A DNA stretch of 64,000 bases, from the NCBI GenBank assembly GCA_026004035.1, contig BPII01000006.1, positions 14,296-78,295 on the forward strand, written 5' to 3'. Position numbers and translations under genes: made by a program. The stretch comes from Candidatus Sericytochromatia bacterium. Lineage in GTDB: Bacteria; Cyanobacteriota; Sericytochromatia; UBA7694; JACMQJ01. The notes below the pieces were generated by a model that saw nothing but the letters and a program-made list of their open reading frames with translations, was not told the origin of the DNA and searched no databases. Of the stretch, positions 33,401 through 42,590 are shown piece after piece; position 1 is the stretch's first letter; the number at the start of each line of letters is the position of its first letter.

Positions 33401-35579
33401 TGTATAAATTGGCATATGTATTTCCATTAGAATCAATATAACCATTACCCCACCATGTGTCATGAGGATCTATTAAATCAAATAATCCAAATATTGTTGA
33501 ATCTAAACCATAGTCAAAAGTTATTCCTGATACTACAGTACTTGTTTGTGTTGTTCTCTGAGCATTAGATGGATTAACTTTATCTCTTGTATAATTTAAA
33601 CCTATACCATCATAATTAGTAAATAATAAACCACCAAACAGACCTCTTGTATCTTTTAAATGTAAATAAATTCTTTTTAATCCTGAGGCTCCAGTATTAT
33701 TAGTTAAATTAAAAGACATGCTACCGTTATCATTAGCCCATCCACTAACTTGACTAGCTACATTACCATAATTTTCATTCTTTACACGTATTTCAAATTT
33801 AGGTTGATACCATCTAATAGTTTTTCCCAAAATCTTCCAATGAGATTCTACATCGCCCCAAAACATAGTCACAGATTGATTACTTGGAGCTGGCGGTAAT
33901 GGAACACCGCTTGTAGGAACAGCTGTTCCATAATGAGCTACACCTGAGTTAGTACCTCCAAAGTTTTCAATACCAAAATGATAACTATAATTTCCACTGA
34001 AAGCACTATCCCCATTTACAGGAGTTTCTTGCATTACTCTCCATCTAGAACTTAAGCTACCGTCTGTCATTCCGGTAATACTTTGTACATCTCTTTCATC
34101 TAGAACATAATATTGTGTCCATCTATCAGAAAAGGAGACACTAGGACTTAGGTTTCCTATTGAAATATTTCTATTTGAATTTTTAGAAATAGTTTGTATT
34201 ATAGTATTATTATTACTATCTTGTGCATTTGTAGGATAATATCCTAAATTAATATTTGGCTGAGCTGCATCAGGATAATTTTTAGGTATCCCATAAGTAT
34301 CAAAAGCTTTAAGTTCAGAATCATCATATTGATTACCTCCTGAACCATTTAAGGCATCTATATAATCATCACCTATACCAGGACCTAGTATACTTGACAA
34401 AGGAGCACCGCTATTTATATTAGATAGATTTGCACCATTATAAACATTTTCAACATGATCTTTTATAAGAAAAAATTCGTAATTATAATTTGTACCGGTT
34501 GGATCACCAAAAAAAACACTACCTGTTCCTGTTTTGGCTCTATTATTAACAATACGCCATTGTAAATGTTCACTCATTTTGTTTAAATCTCTATCATAAG
34601 GATTAATAAATACTTGTGTCCATTTACAATCATCATAAGGAGCTATGGATTGTGTATTTGGATCATATAAATTCAAGCTTTTTAAAACTCCACTATTTTC
34701 AAATCCTTCATATAAAGCATACGAAATCTCATCAGCTTTAGCTGTTACTCCAGGAGCAAAAACACCTCTATTTGGTTGTAGAGCAGTAATATTAACTTGA
34801 TAAACTTTTGGATCAACACCTGCACCTATATCTTTTATATCAAGATCAGGATCATAAAAAATTCCAGTTTTATTTGCTGAATTTGTAGCTGCAATTGCTG
34901 GATCTAAATGGTTCTCTGCGCGTGAATATAATGGATCATTTATTGAAACATTTAAAACTTCTCTTTCATTAGCAGTTCCTTGTCCTCTTAAACTAACATA
35001 TCTATCAATAGTTGTAGCATAGCTAGCGTTTACTCTATCTACATCCCACATCCATAAATAACCAAGTGTAGAAAAGAAAGAATTACCTAACTCATGATGT
35101 GTATTTGAAACATCATAATAAGTTCTTCCAACTGTACTTGAATTTGGTCTATTTTGATTAAAACTCTCTAATTCCATAGCTCTAGAAGCAAAAAAAGGAT
35201 TATACTGATAATTATAAACTTCTTTGTTATATGGTGTTATTTCTAAATTAGGTTTACAATTATCAATAGATGGAGTTCCATATTTATTTGGTATTATTGC
35301 AGTATTTTTTGTATCAGCCTTTTTATACATCAACTCATTTAGCATTTGTTCATAAATTACATTAAGTTCTTCTATTAAAGTATTTAATTTTGCTTGTAAT
35401 GATGCTATATAGCTTCTTATCCATTCAAGTCCTCTCTCATAATCTTTATCTCTTGATTGTTGATCTGATATTTGTATTATTCCTTGTGAAAAAACATTAG
35501 CATTTGCTTGTGCTATCTGTCTAAGTTGATAATCAGCATTAGTTTTATTATACAAAGATGATGCAGATATTGAAGACAT
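30465..35579 (-). CDS. Giant hypothetical protein, 1704 aa, ~12% Asn, Gly/Thr/Tyr-rich, no signal peptide, N-terminal coiled coil, lectin-like beta-sandwich motifs
   Basis: Single uninterrupted ORF. N-terminus MSSISASSLYNKTNADYQLRQIAQANANVFSQ followed by heptad-like ...LQAKLNTLIEELNVIYEQMLNEL. Repeated GWN(L/I)D(D/N)(I/V)xV motifs suggest galactose-binding-like or discoidin-like domains. Confidence 0.5.
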   Translation of the reverse strand: MSSISASSLYNKTNADYQLRQIAQANANVFSQGIIQISDQQSRDKDYERGLEWIRSYIASLQAKLNTLIEELNVIYEQMLNELMYKKADTKNTAIIPNKYGTPSIDNCKPNLEITPYNKEVYNYQYNPFFASRAMELESFNQNRPNSSTVGRTYYDVSNTHHELGNSFFSTLGYLWMWDVDRVNASYATTIDRYVSLRGQGTANEREVLNVSINDPLYSRAENHLDPAIAATNSANKTGIFYDPDLDIKDIGAGVDPKVYQVNITALQPNRGVFAPGVTAKADEISYALYEGFENSGVLKSLNLYDPNTQSIAPYDDCKWTQVFINPYDRDLNKMSEHLQWRIVNNRAKTGTGSVFFGDPTGTNYNYEFFLIKDHVENVYNGANLSNINSGAPLSSILGPGIGDDYIDALNGSGGNQYDDSELKAFDTYGIPKNYPDAAQPNINLGYYPTNAQDSNNNTIIQTISKNSNRNISIGNLSPSVSFSDRWTQYYVLDERDVQSITGMTDGSLSSRWRVMQETPVNGDSAFSGNYSYHFGIENFGGTNSGVAHYGTAVPTSGVPLPPAPSNQSVTMFWGDVESHWKILGKTIRWYQPKFEIRVKNENYGNVASQVSGWANDNGSMSFNLTNNTGASGLKRIYLHLKDTRGLFGGLLFTNYDGIGLNYTRDKVNPSNAQRTTQTSTVVSGITFDYGLDSTIFGLFDLIDPHDTWWGNGYIDSNGNTYANLYTLKNLAGPYANPSYAYDSQGSDDFVERQEGPLLNNNQDMIPGFQVYVSKPYVPEGYMVRSLDLRNMNVGIGNTFNQLELRYRENFETEIIGVNDGKKYDKRYAIQSAGNGAPMKIIGISGNEDIHGTAPGATKNQVDVAAQSSNGWQQRYFLLNTNWGTTDQKVGFYFNAGDQWLNDDHRGWNLDDIEVVARGKSKGELISPRIDLSQYQNAVVEFDSRFGTNTRGGNVDDGDKISVWYSTDDGVTWQLALGSNKSGQEKDVNANGLPGNQGWVSSRYDLNCVAGSPNVRIKFVFEADSDNNEGDGWNIDNVRVSGRKNAETDFYAYKQQLNSKFVTGGSYQNEVNNTNRPNISFDPRGTNIRGRYNEGNSSRVEITNTDFPSFSNTLLTYIEQDAATYNTNKVDSYATWGAPNPPTMVAELDPTSPNGLKLTVTKNTIFYKDSMGRLINSDNQMYVDRAMAINLGLVTDIKPTKKQVNNKLTGWVNYDPSVDGMPYVDGTCFEEGTTVPGGANTYEFMTTFVKKTIGLTVAQASGPKTITINAKTDAYLYINGQQIPPGVSNTNGTTTYNIPSGVLKEGFNTIMLQHNYHLGSDGIDIVSSNIAGIGPLDETWSVRMYEGGFKGRDPNTLKSYALGQDPQSGVFSQELFDAEKLTYFGQEQEKLKSLVLNFKNTDGKGVGILSTIHEIELVSTGEPTIQSFETKEFTTSTINDNGPLNAVLNYGYIDGKLVMGDDPRGFNVAYKDNLNFTTDTDGFASITLSAKGGNSMVNDATILLKVHYFDDEDQDGVIDIDTDRDGVLSDTEIANGIALGKRKTKYIGAEDRRDTSYYTSATVGYSGTTASSLATGVYNRFAVVNSSGADVSYTSGGDKFLKTDKDNDYAYKVYNNLVTASKGRSGGANVDGNVNKFTEKLKAILDSQEYQEVLKYGLLDNIIIAATSNSSRGDQIVGKIILDWDWRRRRVKVTQGAFSAVYKS

Positions 35580-35747
35580 TAAAAATCTCCTAAATATAAT
35601 TTCTTAAAATAATTATAAAACACTTAAATTTTATATTCTTTCTTTAAACAAAGAATTTACAATGATTTAATAATTTAAAATTTTTTATTTAATATATTTA
35701 TAATTTTTTTTGTTATATAATAGATTTAATTATATTTTAGAATATAA

Positions 35748-36941
35748 ATGATGAATAATAAATTTAGTATAAAAGATTTAACTAAAAAAGATTTAGAAAA
35801 TAAATCTGTTTTAGTTAGAGTTGATTTTAATGTTCCAATACAAGAAAATAAAGTTCTTGATACTACTAGAATAGAAGCATCTTTACCAACAATAAAATAT
35901 TTATTAGAAAATAATTCAAAAGTTATTTTAATTTCACATCTTGGAAGACCAAAAGGTAAAAAAGATTTAAAGTATTCATTAAAACCGGTATATGATTTTA
36001 TAAAAAATAATTTGAATATGAACATTATTTTTTTAGATGATTGTATAGGGGAAAATGTAGAATTAGAAATAAAGAAACAAAGCTACCCATCATTAATTTT
36101 ACTAGAAAATGTTAGATTTTATCCAGAAGAAGAAAAAAATGATAGAAATTTTTCTGAAAAATTATCAAAATTAGCTGATATTTTTGTTAATGATGCTTTT
36201 GGAACAGCACATAGATCTCATTCTTCAACTGTAGGAGTAGCAGAATTTTTACCTACCTATTGTGGTTTTCTTATGGAAAAAGAAATAAATTTTCTTTCAA
36301 AAGCACTAAATCCAGAAAAACCTTTTGTAGCTATTATAGGTGGTGCTAAAGTTTCAAGTAAAATAGGAGTTTTAAAAAATCTTATAAATAAAACAGATAC
36401 GCTAATAATAGGTGGTGCAATGACTTATACATTTTTAAAAGCACTTGGTAAAAATGTAGGAAATTCCTTTGTAGAAAATGATTATTTAGTTACTGCTAGA
36501 GAAATAATTGAATTAGCACAAAAAAATAATTGTAATTTGTTTCTGGCAAAAGATCATGTTGTAGCTGAATCTATTGATTCTGAAAATACTACTATAGTAG
36601 ATGATATACCAAATAATTTATCAGCTTTTGATATAGGAAATAAAAGTATAGATGAAATAATAAAAATTCTGTCAAATGCAAAAACCATTGTTTGGAATGG
36701 GCCTTTAGGAGTATTTGAAAAACCTCAATTTGAAAATGGAACAAAAAAAGTAGCTTTATTTTTATCTACATTAAAAGAAAAAGGAGTTACTACTATAGTT
36801 GGTGGTGGTGATTCTGTGGCTGCTATTGAAAAATTTAATCTTACTGATAAATTCTCACATGTTTCAACAGGTGGTGGTGCTTCTTTAGAATTTCTTGAAG
36901 GAATAGAATTACCTGGTATAAAAGTTATAAAAGATAAATGA
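35748..36941 (+). CDS. pgk: Phosphoglycerate kinase
   Basis: VRVDFNVPI, ISHLGRPKG and GGGASLE signatures. Confidence 0.9.
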   Translation: MMNNKFSIKDLTKKDLENKSVLVRVDFNVPIQENKVLDTTRIEASLPTIKYLLENNSKVILISHLGRPKGKKDLKYSLKPVYDFIKNNLNMNIIFLDDCIGENVELEIKKQSYPSLILLENVRFYPEEEKNDRNFSEKLSKLADIFVNDAFGTAHRSHSSTVGVAEFLPTYCGFLMEKEINFLSKALNPEKPFVAIIGGAKVSSKIGVLKNLINKTDTLIIGGAMTYTFLKALGKNVGNSFVENDYLVTAREIIELAQKNNCNLFLAKDHVVAESIDSENTTIVDDIPNNLSAFDIGNKSIDEIIKILSNAKTIVWNGPLGVFEKPQFENGTKKVALFLSTLKEKGVTTIVGGGDSVAAIEKFNLTDKFSHVSTGGGASLEFLEGIELPGIKVIKDK

Positions 36942-37522
36942 ATAATGCTATAATACTAGCTGGTGGTGAGAGTTCTAGAGTTGGAGAAAATAAAGCTTTT
37001 TTAAAATTTGGAAATAAAACACTAATAGAAATAATTATTGATGAGTTACTCAAATATTTTGACAATATTTCTATTATTACTTTAAATATTGAAGAATATT
37101 CTTTTATAAAAAATTCAAAAGTTAAAGTCTTTGAAGATTTAATAAAAGATAATGCTTCTGTATTAGAAGCAATTTATACTGGTCTTTACTATAGTAATAC
37201 TGAATATAGTTTTATAACTTCTTGTGATAGACCATATATAAATATAGAATTAATAAAATATCTTTATTCTTTTACTAGTGATTATGATGTAATTTGTCCT
37301 ATTTATGAGTTTAAGGCTGTTTCTTTACATGCAGTTTATTCAATCAAGTGTTTAAATCTAATAAAAAACAAAATTGATAAAGGTGAGAAGAAAATTAATA
37401 AATTATTCAGGAATTTTAATGTTAAATATGTTCAAGAAGAAGAGATAATTAAACAATTTGGTAGTTCAAAACACTTATTTCAAATAAAAACCTATTTAGA
37501 TTATTTGTTATGTAAAAATTAA
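36938..37522 (+). CDS. MobA-like NTP transferase (molybdenum cofactor guanylyltransferase-like)
   Basis: N-terminus MNNAIILAGGESSRVGENKAFLKFGNKTLIE matches the MobA GxxLAGGxSxRMGxDK pattern. Overlaps the pgk stop (ATGA). Confidence 0.55.
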   Translation: MNNAIILAGGESSRVGENKAFLKFGNKTLIEIIIDELLKYFDNISIITLNIEEYSFIKNSKVKVFEDLIKDNASVLEAIYTGLYYSNTEYSFITSCDRPYINIELIKYLYSFTSDYDVICPIYEFKAVSLHAVYSIKCLNLIKNKIDKGEKKINKLFRNFNVKYVQEEEIIKQFGSSKHLFQIKTYLDYLLCKN

Positions 37523-37886
37523 AGATAGTCTAAAGATAAAAAACAAAAGAAAGAAGAATTAACAAGAAGTCAAAAATTAAATAACAAAAAAAAAATCTAA
37601 AATGAGAATAAAAGTAGAGCATAGTGTGGAGTAAAAAAATATAAAATAATGTCTGAAAAATTAAAAATAACTGATATTAATCTCTATAACAGGATTATAG
37701 GTGTATGTTGTGGATTATTTAATTTTTATATAAGGAACTAATTATAAGCATACAAAAACTCTATTATCTTTCTTTATTCAAAATAAATAAAAATTTAATC
37801 TTAAATTAATTTATAAGTTTAACAACCAAGTTAAAGCTTATTTATATCTTTTGGTATAAAATAAATAAAATGTTAAAATATCCTTT

Positions 37887-40800
37887 ATGAAAGATTTATA
37901 CTTTTTAAACAATAATTTATTCAATGAAAATTTCTTATTAGATGAAATTAAAAGATTTCCTGATTTTGATTCAGACATAAGTAATATTTTTGAAGAAATA
38001 AAGCAATTATATAAACCTGACTATTTTATAAAATTAAATGAAGATCAATTAATAGAAGAGTTCATAAAAAAAGTATTAGAAAAGCTAGGATGGGAGTTTT
38101 TAACTCAAGAAAGTCAAACAGTACAAGGTAAGAAAGAAAGACCTGATTTTTCACTTTTTATAGCAAGAGAAGAAAAAGAAAATTATATTTCTAATAAAGA
38201 AAGTCAAAAAATATCCCTTATATGTGAAGCAAAAGCTTTTAATGTTCCACTTGATAATAAAAGAATTAATGACAATCCTCATTTTCAAATAGTAGAATAC
38301 ATGGTTTATCTTAATAAAAAATATGGTTTTTTAACTAATGGTAGATACTGGCGACTTTATAATAAGGAAAAATTTACAGGTAGCAAAATTTTTTACGAAA
38401 TAGATTTACAAGTAATATTTGAAAAAAATGATATAGAAGCTTTTAAATATTTTTATCATTTTTTTAAAAAAGATAGTTTTACAATAAGAAAAAATCAAAC
38501 AACTTTTATAGAGGAAGTAGATAAGAAAAATGAAGAAGTAAAATTAGAAATAGAAGAAAATTTAAGAAATGTAATATATGGTTACCAAGGTAATAAATCA
38601 ATATTTGAGCTAATAGGTAAATGTATATATGAAAGATATCCACATGAAGATTTAGAAGTAATATATGAAAACTCATTATATTTTCTTTTTAGACTTTTAT
38701 TTGTAATTTATTTTGAAGATAAGTTTATTGATGTAATAAAAGATCACATATATTACAAAAAATATTCTTTGAATAAAATTTTAAATGATATAAAATCTTT
38801 AAATAATTTTGATGATTTTGATTTATATAAAGATTTAAAACAAGTATTTAAAACATTAGATGAAGGTGATAAAGATATAGACATACCATTATTTGATGGT
38901 GGTCTTTTTGCTTCAGATAAAGCAAAATTATTATATGGTAATAAAGTAATAGATAATGGTAGCTTAAAAGAAATTTTTGAAACTCTTTTTTACTACAAAG
39001 GTAATAAAAGAGATTTTAAAACTTTATCTATAACACATTTAGGTTCTATTTATGAAGGTCTTTTATCTTTTAGATTTGAAAAAGCTGAGGAAAATATTTT
39101 TTATATAGAATATATAGAAAAATTAAAAAAAGAAGAAAAATTCATAAGTGGTTACTTTGATAATTATGATTATAATAAAATAATTTCTAACAAAAATATT
39201 GAAGTTAAAAATTTAGAAAAATACGAGAAAGGTCAAATACACTTAAAAACTTTATCAAATTCAAGAAAAACAACAGCAAGTTACTATACTCCAAAAGATT
39301 TAGTTAATTTTATGGTAAAAGAAGCTATAGATAAAGCTTTGGAAAATTATAAACCATTAGAAATAAAAATAATAGATAATGCCTGTGGAAGTGGTAATTT
39401 TTTAGTAAATTGTTTGAATTATCTTACACTAAAAGTTTTTGAAAATATAGACAATTACAGTGATATAAAAGAATTAATTTCATTAGAAAATGAAAAAATA
39501 AAATCAACTTTAGATAGTTTTAATTATAAATATAAATATGAAATTGATGAATTTTCAATACTAAAAAGAATAATTTTAAAAAATACAATATATGGAGTAG
39601 ATATTAATTATTTTGCAGTAGAAATAGCAAAACTTGCTTTATGGATAGATACATTTATATTTGGCACACCATTAAGTTTTATAGAACATCATATAAAAAC
39701 AGGTAATTCTCTTATAGGAACAACTATCAATGAATTTAAAGATTTTTGGGAAAATAAGAATAAAGGAGGATTTAACTTTTATGATAGTTTTCTTAAAAAA
39801 TTTGACAATTTAAATGAAGCTTTTCAAAAATTAAGTAACTTAAAAGATACTACAAGAGATGAAATAGAAAAATCAAAAGAAATTTATAGTAAAGAAATAG
39901 AACCTAAATTAAAAGAATTAAACAATTTTTTAAACTTACTTACTTATTTCAAGTTTAAAAAAATAGAAAAAGATAAAGATAAAATAAACAAAATTGATTT
40001 TAATACTAATCTTGAAAATATTCTAAATAATAAAGAAATAGCAACAGATATATATCATTATTCAAAAAAATATTTATTTTTTAACTATGAAATACAATTT
40101 CCTGAAGTATTTACTAGAGAAGACAAAGGTTTTAACATAGTAATAGGTAATCCTCCTTGGGATAAAACAAAGTTTGATGACAAAGATTTTTTCTCTCAAT
40201 ATAAAACAAATTATAGAACTCTATCAAATAATCAAAAAGAAGAATTTAAAATAAATACTTTGACAAAAGATTATATAAAGAAAAAATATGAATATGAAAA
40301 AGATTTTATAGAAAAATCAAATGAATATTACAAAGAAAATTATCCGTATAATAAAGGATCAGGAGATGGAAATTTATTCAGATTTTTCTTAGAAAGAAAT
40401 CTTTCTCTAATATCAGAAAAAGGAAATATTACATATCTTATTCCTTCTGCAATAATGCTTGAAGAAGGTTCTACTGAATTAAGAAAATATATTTTTGAAA
40501 ACTTTAATTTAAATTTTTTTTATAGTTTTGAGAATAGAAAAAAATTATTTAAAGATATAGCTTCAGATTTTGAATTTTCAATATTACAAATAGATAAAAC
40601 AAGAAGAACAGAAAAAATAAAAGTAAAATTTATGATTATAGATTCAAATGATTTATATAATAACGATTATATTGACTATACTATTGATAATTTGAGATTA
40701 TTATCTCCTGATTATTTATCTTTACATAGGTTTATATCTCAAAAAGATATTTCATTAATACATAATTTTTATAGTAAATATAAAATACTTGAAAATAATT

Positions 40801-41684
40801 ACTTAGATTTTAGAAGAGAAATTGATATGACAAATGATAAAGATTTATTTTATGAAAAGAAAGAATATCAGGAAGGAATGATAAAATTATATGAAGGAAA
40901 AATGATTTGGCAATATGACTCTAAGTTTTCTAATCCACAGTATTTTCTAAAAATAGATGAAGTAAAAGAAAGACTGAAATCAAAAGAAATTTATAGATTA
41001 TCTCAAGATGTAAGTATTGCTGAAGAAGAGCTAAAAAACAGATTACAAATTAATTCATTAGAAAATTTTATTTCTTATGATTACAACTATTATAGATTAG
41101 GCTTTAGGGCTATTTCAAATAGTTCAATGGAAAGAAGTTTAATAGCTTCATTAATACCTAAAAATATTTTTGCTGGAAATAGTTTATTTTTATCTATACC
41201 TAAAAAATATTACTTTGATGATAATAGTAGAAACATTTTTACTAAAGAAATAGATATTGAAGTTTTACTTTTTATAAATTCACTATTTAATTCTATAGTT
41301 ATTGATTATATTTTAAGACTAATGATTAAATACAATGTAAATAAAACATATATATATAGATTACCTTTACCACAGCCAAGTAAAGAGGAAATTTATAGTA
41401 ATGAAATATACAAAAAGTTAATGTTTAATTCTTTAAAATTAACTTTACACTATAATTACAATGATTTTGAAGAATTAGCACAAAAGTTTAACATTAATAA
41501 AGAAGATATTCCAATAACAGAAAAACAAGTTGATTTATTAAAAATAGAAAACGATATTTTGGTAGCAAAACTATATGATTTGTCTTCAGAAGATTTGAAA
41601 CATATTTGTTCATACTTTAAAGTCCTATTGAAAAACAAACCTGAATATATAAGTAGTTTATTGAGTGAATATGACATCAAATAA
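37887..41684 (+). CDS. Type IIG/IIL single-polypeptide restriction-modification enzyme (N-terminal PD-ExK nuclease, gamma-class N6-adenine methyltransferase, C-terminal TRD)
   Basis: ERPDFSLF...x20...LICEAKAF is a PD-(D/E)xK motif. TASYYTPKDLV, then IDNACGSGNFL (motif I) and VIGNPPWDK (motif IV, NPPW). About 650 aa downstream is available for a target-recognition domain. No separate S or R subunit genes nearby. Confidence 0.65.
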   Translation: MKDLYFLNNNLFNENFLLDEIKRFPDFDSDISNIFEEIKQLYKPDYFIKLNEDQLIEEFIKKVLEKLGWEFLTQESQTVQGKKERPDFSLFIAREEKENYISNKESQKISLICEAKAFNVPLDNKRINDNPHFQIVEYMVYLNKKYGFLTNGRYWRLYNKEKFTGSKIFYEIDLQVIFEKNDIEAFKYFYHFFKKDSFTIRKNQTTFIEEVDKKNEEVKLEIEENLRNVIYGYQGNKSIFELIGKCIYERYPHEDLEVIYENSLYFLFRLLFVIYFEDKFIDVIKDHIYYKKYSLNKILNDIKSLNNFDDFDLYKDLKQVFKTLDEGDKDIDIPLFDGGLFASDKAKLLYGNKVIDNGSLKEIFETLFYYKGNKRDFKTLSITHLGSIYEGLLSFRFEKAEENIFYIEYIEKLKKEEKFISGYFDNYDYNKIISNKNIEVKNLEKYEKGQIHLKTLSNSRKTTASYYTPKDLVNFMVKEAIDKALENYKPLEIKIIDNACGSGNFLVNCLNYLTLKVFENIDNYSDIKELISLENEKIKSTLDSFNYKYKYEIDEFSILKRIILKNTIYGVDINYFAVEIAKLALWIDTFIFGTPLSFIEHHIKTGNSLIGTTINEFKDFWENKNKGGFNFYDSFLKKFDNLNEAFQKLSNLKDTTRDEIEKSKEIYSKEIEPKLKELNNFLNLLTYFKFKKIEKDKDKINKIDFNTNLENILNNKEIATDIYHYSKKYLFFNYEIQFPEVFTREDKGFNIVIGNPPWDKTKFDDKDFFSQYKTNYRTLSNNQKEEFKINTLTKDYIKKKYEYEKDFIEKSNEYYKENYPYNKGSGDGNLFRFFLERNLSLISEKGNITYLIPSAIMLEEGSTELRKYIFENFNLNFFYSFENRKKLFKDIASDFEFSILQIDKTRRTEKIKVKFMIIDSNDLYNNDYIDYTIDNLRLLSPDYLSLHRFISQKDISLIHNFYSKYKILENNYLDFRREIDMTNDKDLFYEKKEYQEGMIKLYEGKMIWQYDSKFSNPQYFLKIDEVKERLKSKEIYRLSQDVSIAEEELKNRLQINSLENFISYDYNYYRLGFRAISNSSMERSLIASLIPKNIFAGNSLFLSIPKKYYFDDNSRNIFTKEIDIEVLLFINSLFNSIVIDYILRLMIKYNVNKTYIYRLPLPQPSKEEIYSNEIYKKLMFNSLKLTLHYNYNDFEELAQKFNINKEDIPITEKQVDLLKIENDILVAKLYDLSSEDLKHICSYFKVLLKNKPEYISSLLSEYDIK

Positions 41685-41826
41685 ATCATAATAATTTAAC
41701 ATTGATAAAGAAATCAATAAGTAGCTAAATAAGAAGCTAATATTTTTTTACATTTCGTTATTAAGGTTTTATAGTAATTTAAATTTTAAAATTAATTTTT
41801 TTAACGATATCAAAATATAATTTATT

Positions 41827-42492
41827 TTGTTTTATAATATCTTTAAATTAACCATTTATAATAAATTATTTCAAAAAGGTATTATGAACATAGCTGTAAT
41901 AATAAAAAAAATAGAAGATAAATTTATTTACTCTTCAGATAAAGTTTTAGAAGTTGGAGATCAAATAGCTTTAAGTATTGCTGTTAAATTAAGGGAAAAT
42001 GACTCTTTTGGTTCAAGTAGTGTTTCAGCTTTTTGTATATCACCTTTAGAACATCCTGAAGCAATGAGAGAAGCTCTTTGTTTAGGTGCTGATAATGCTT
42101 ACTTTTTAGCTGATGCATTATTTCAAAAAGTCGAGTTAGATAATTTAATGAATATTTTTAAATGTGCTTTTGATACTGTTGGAAACTTTGATCTTGTTTT
42201 AATACCTGCACCTTATAAGGATACTATGATAACAAATTTATCAGGACAATTGGCAAAGTTAATGAATATTAAACATTTGAAAGATGTAACAAATATTTTA
42301 TGGCAAACTAATAAGCTTTTTTACTCAAAAGTTAATTCAAACGACTTTTACCCTTTAGCTTTACCAGCTTTAATAAATATATCTTATGATCCTGAACAAA
42401 AATACTATAATCCAATTAGACTAATGAAACTATACAGAAAAGAAGTAAAAATATTAAATGCTGAACAAATAGGTTTTTCTATCAAAACTTAA
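41827..42492 (+). CDS. Electron-transfer-flavoprotein beta-subunit-like protein (orphan, no adjacent etfA)
   Basis: MNIAVIIKKIEDKF...(internal Met at 41884 is the likely start). EAMREALCLGADNAYFL and FDLVLIPAPYKDTMITNLSGQLAKLMNI align with the EtfB core (ALAMGADRAILV / [28 protein letters not shown]). Confidence 0.45.
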   Translation: MFYNIFKLTIYNKLFQKGIMNIAVIIKKIEDKFIYSSDKVLEVGDQIALSIAVKLRENDSFGSSSVSAFCISPLEHPEAMREALCLGADNAYFLADALFQKVELDNLMNIFKCAFDTVGNFDLVLIPAPYKDTMITNLSGQLAKLMNIKHLKDVTNILWQTNKLFYSKVNSNDFYPLALPALINISYDPEQKYYNPIRLMKLYRKEVKILNAEQIGFSIKT

Positions 42493-42590
42493 AACTTAAA
42501 AAATAATATTATCTATATCTGTTTTTTAAAATACTTGCTATAAATAGTTTATAATGCTATAAATATATAAATTAATTAAAAATAAAATAA

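Noticed and set aside
30465-35579. The 1704-aa giant protein as a flagellar FlgK/FliD/flagellin-like axial protein (Ser-rich N-terminus with heptads, no signal peptide)
   Set aside because: No convincing match to the conserved N- and C-terminal axial-family segments. The C-terminus (...DWRRRRVKVTQGAFSAVYKS) is not FlgK- or flagellin-like. No flagellar genes are nearby.
37887-41684. The 1265-aa methyltransferase as BREX PglX
   Set aside because: A PD-ExK nuclease motif is present at the N-terminus, and no brxA/B/C, pglZ or brxL genes are nearby. A type IIG restriction-modification enzyme is more consistent.
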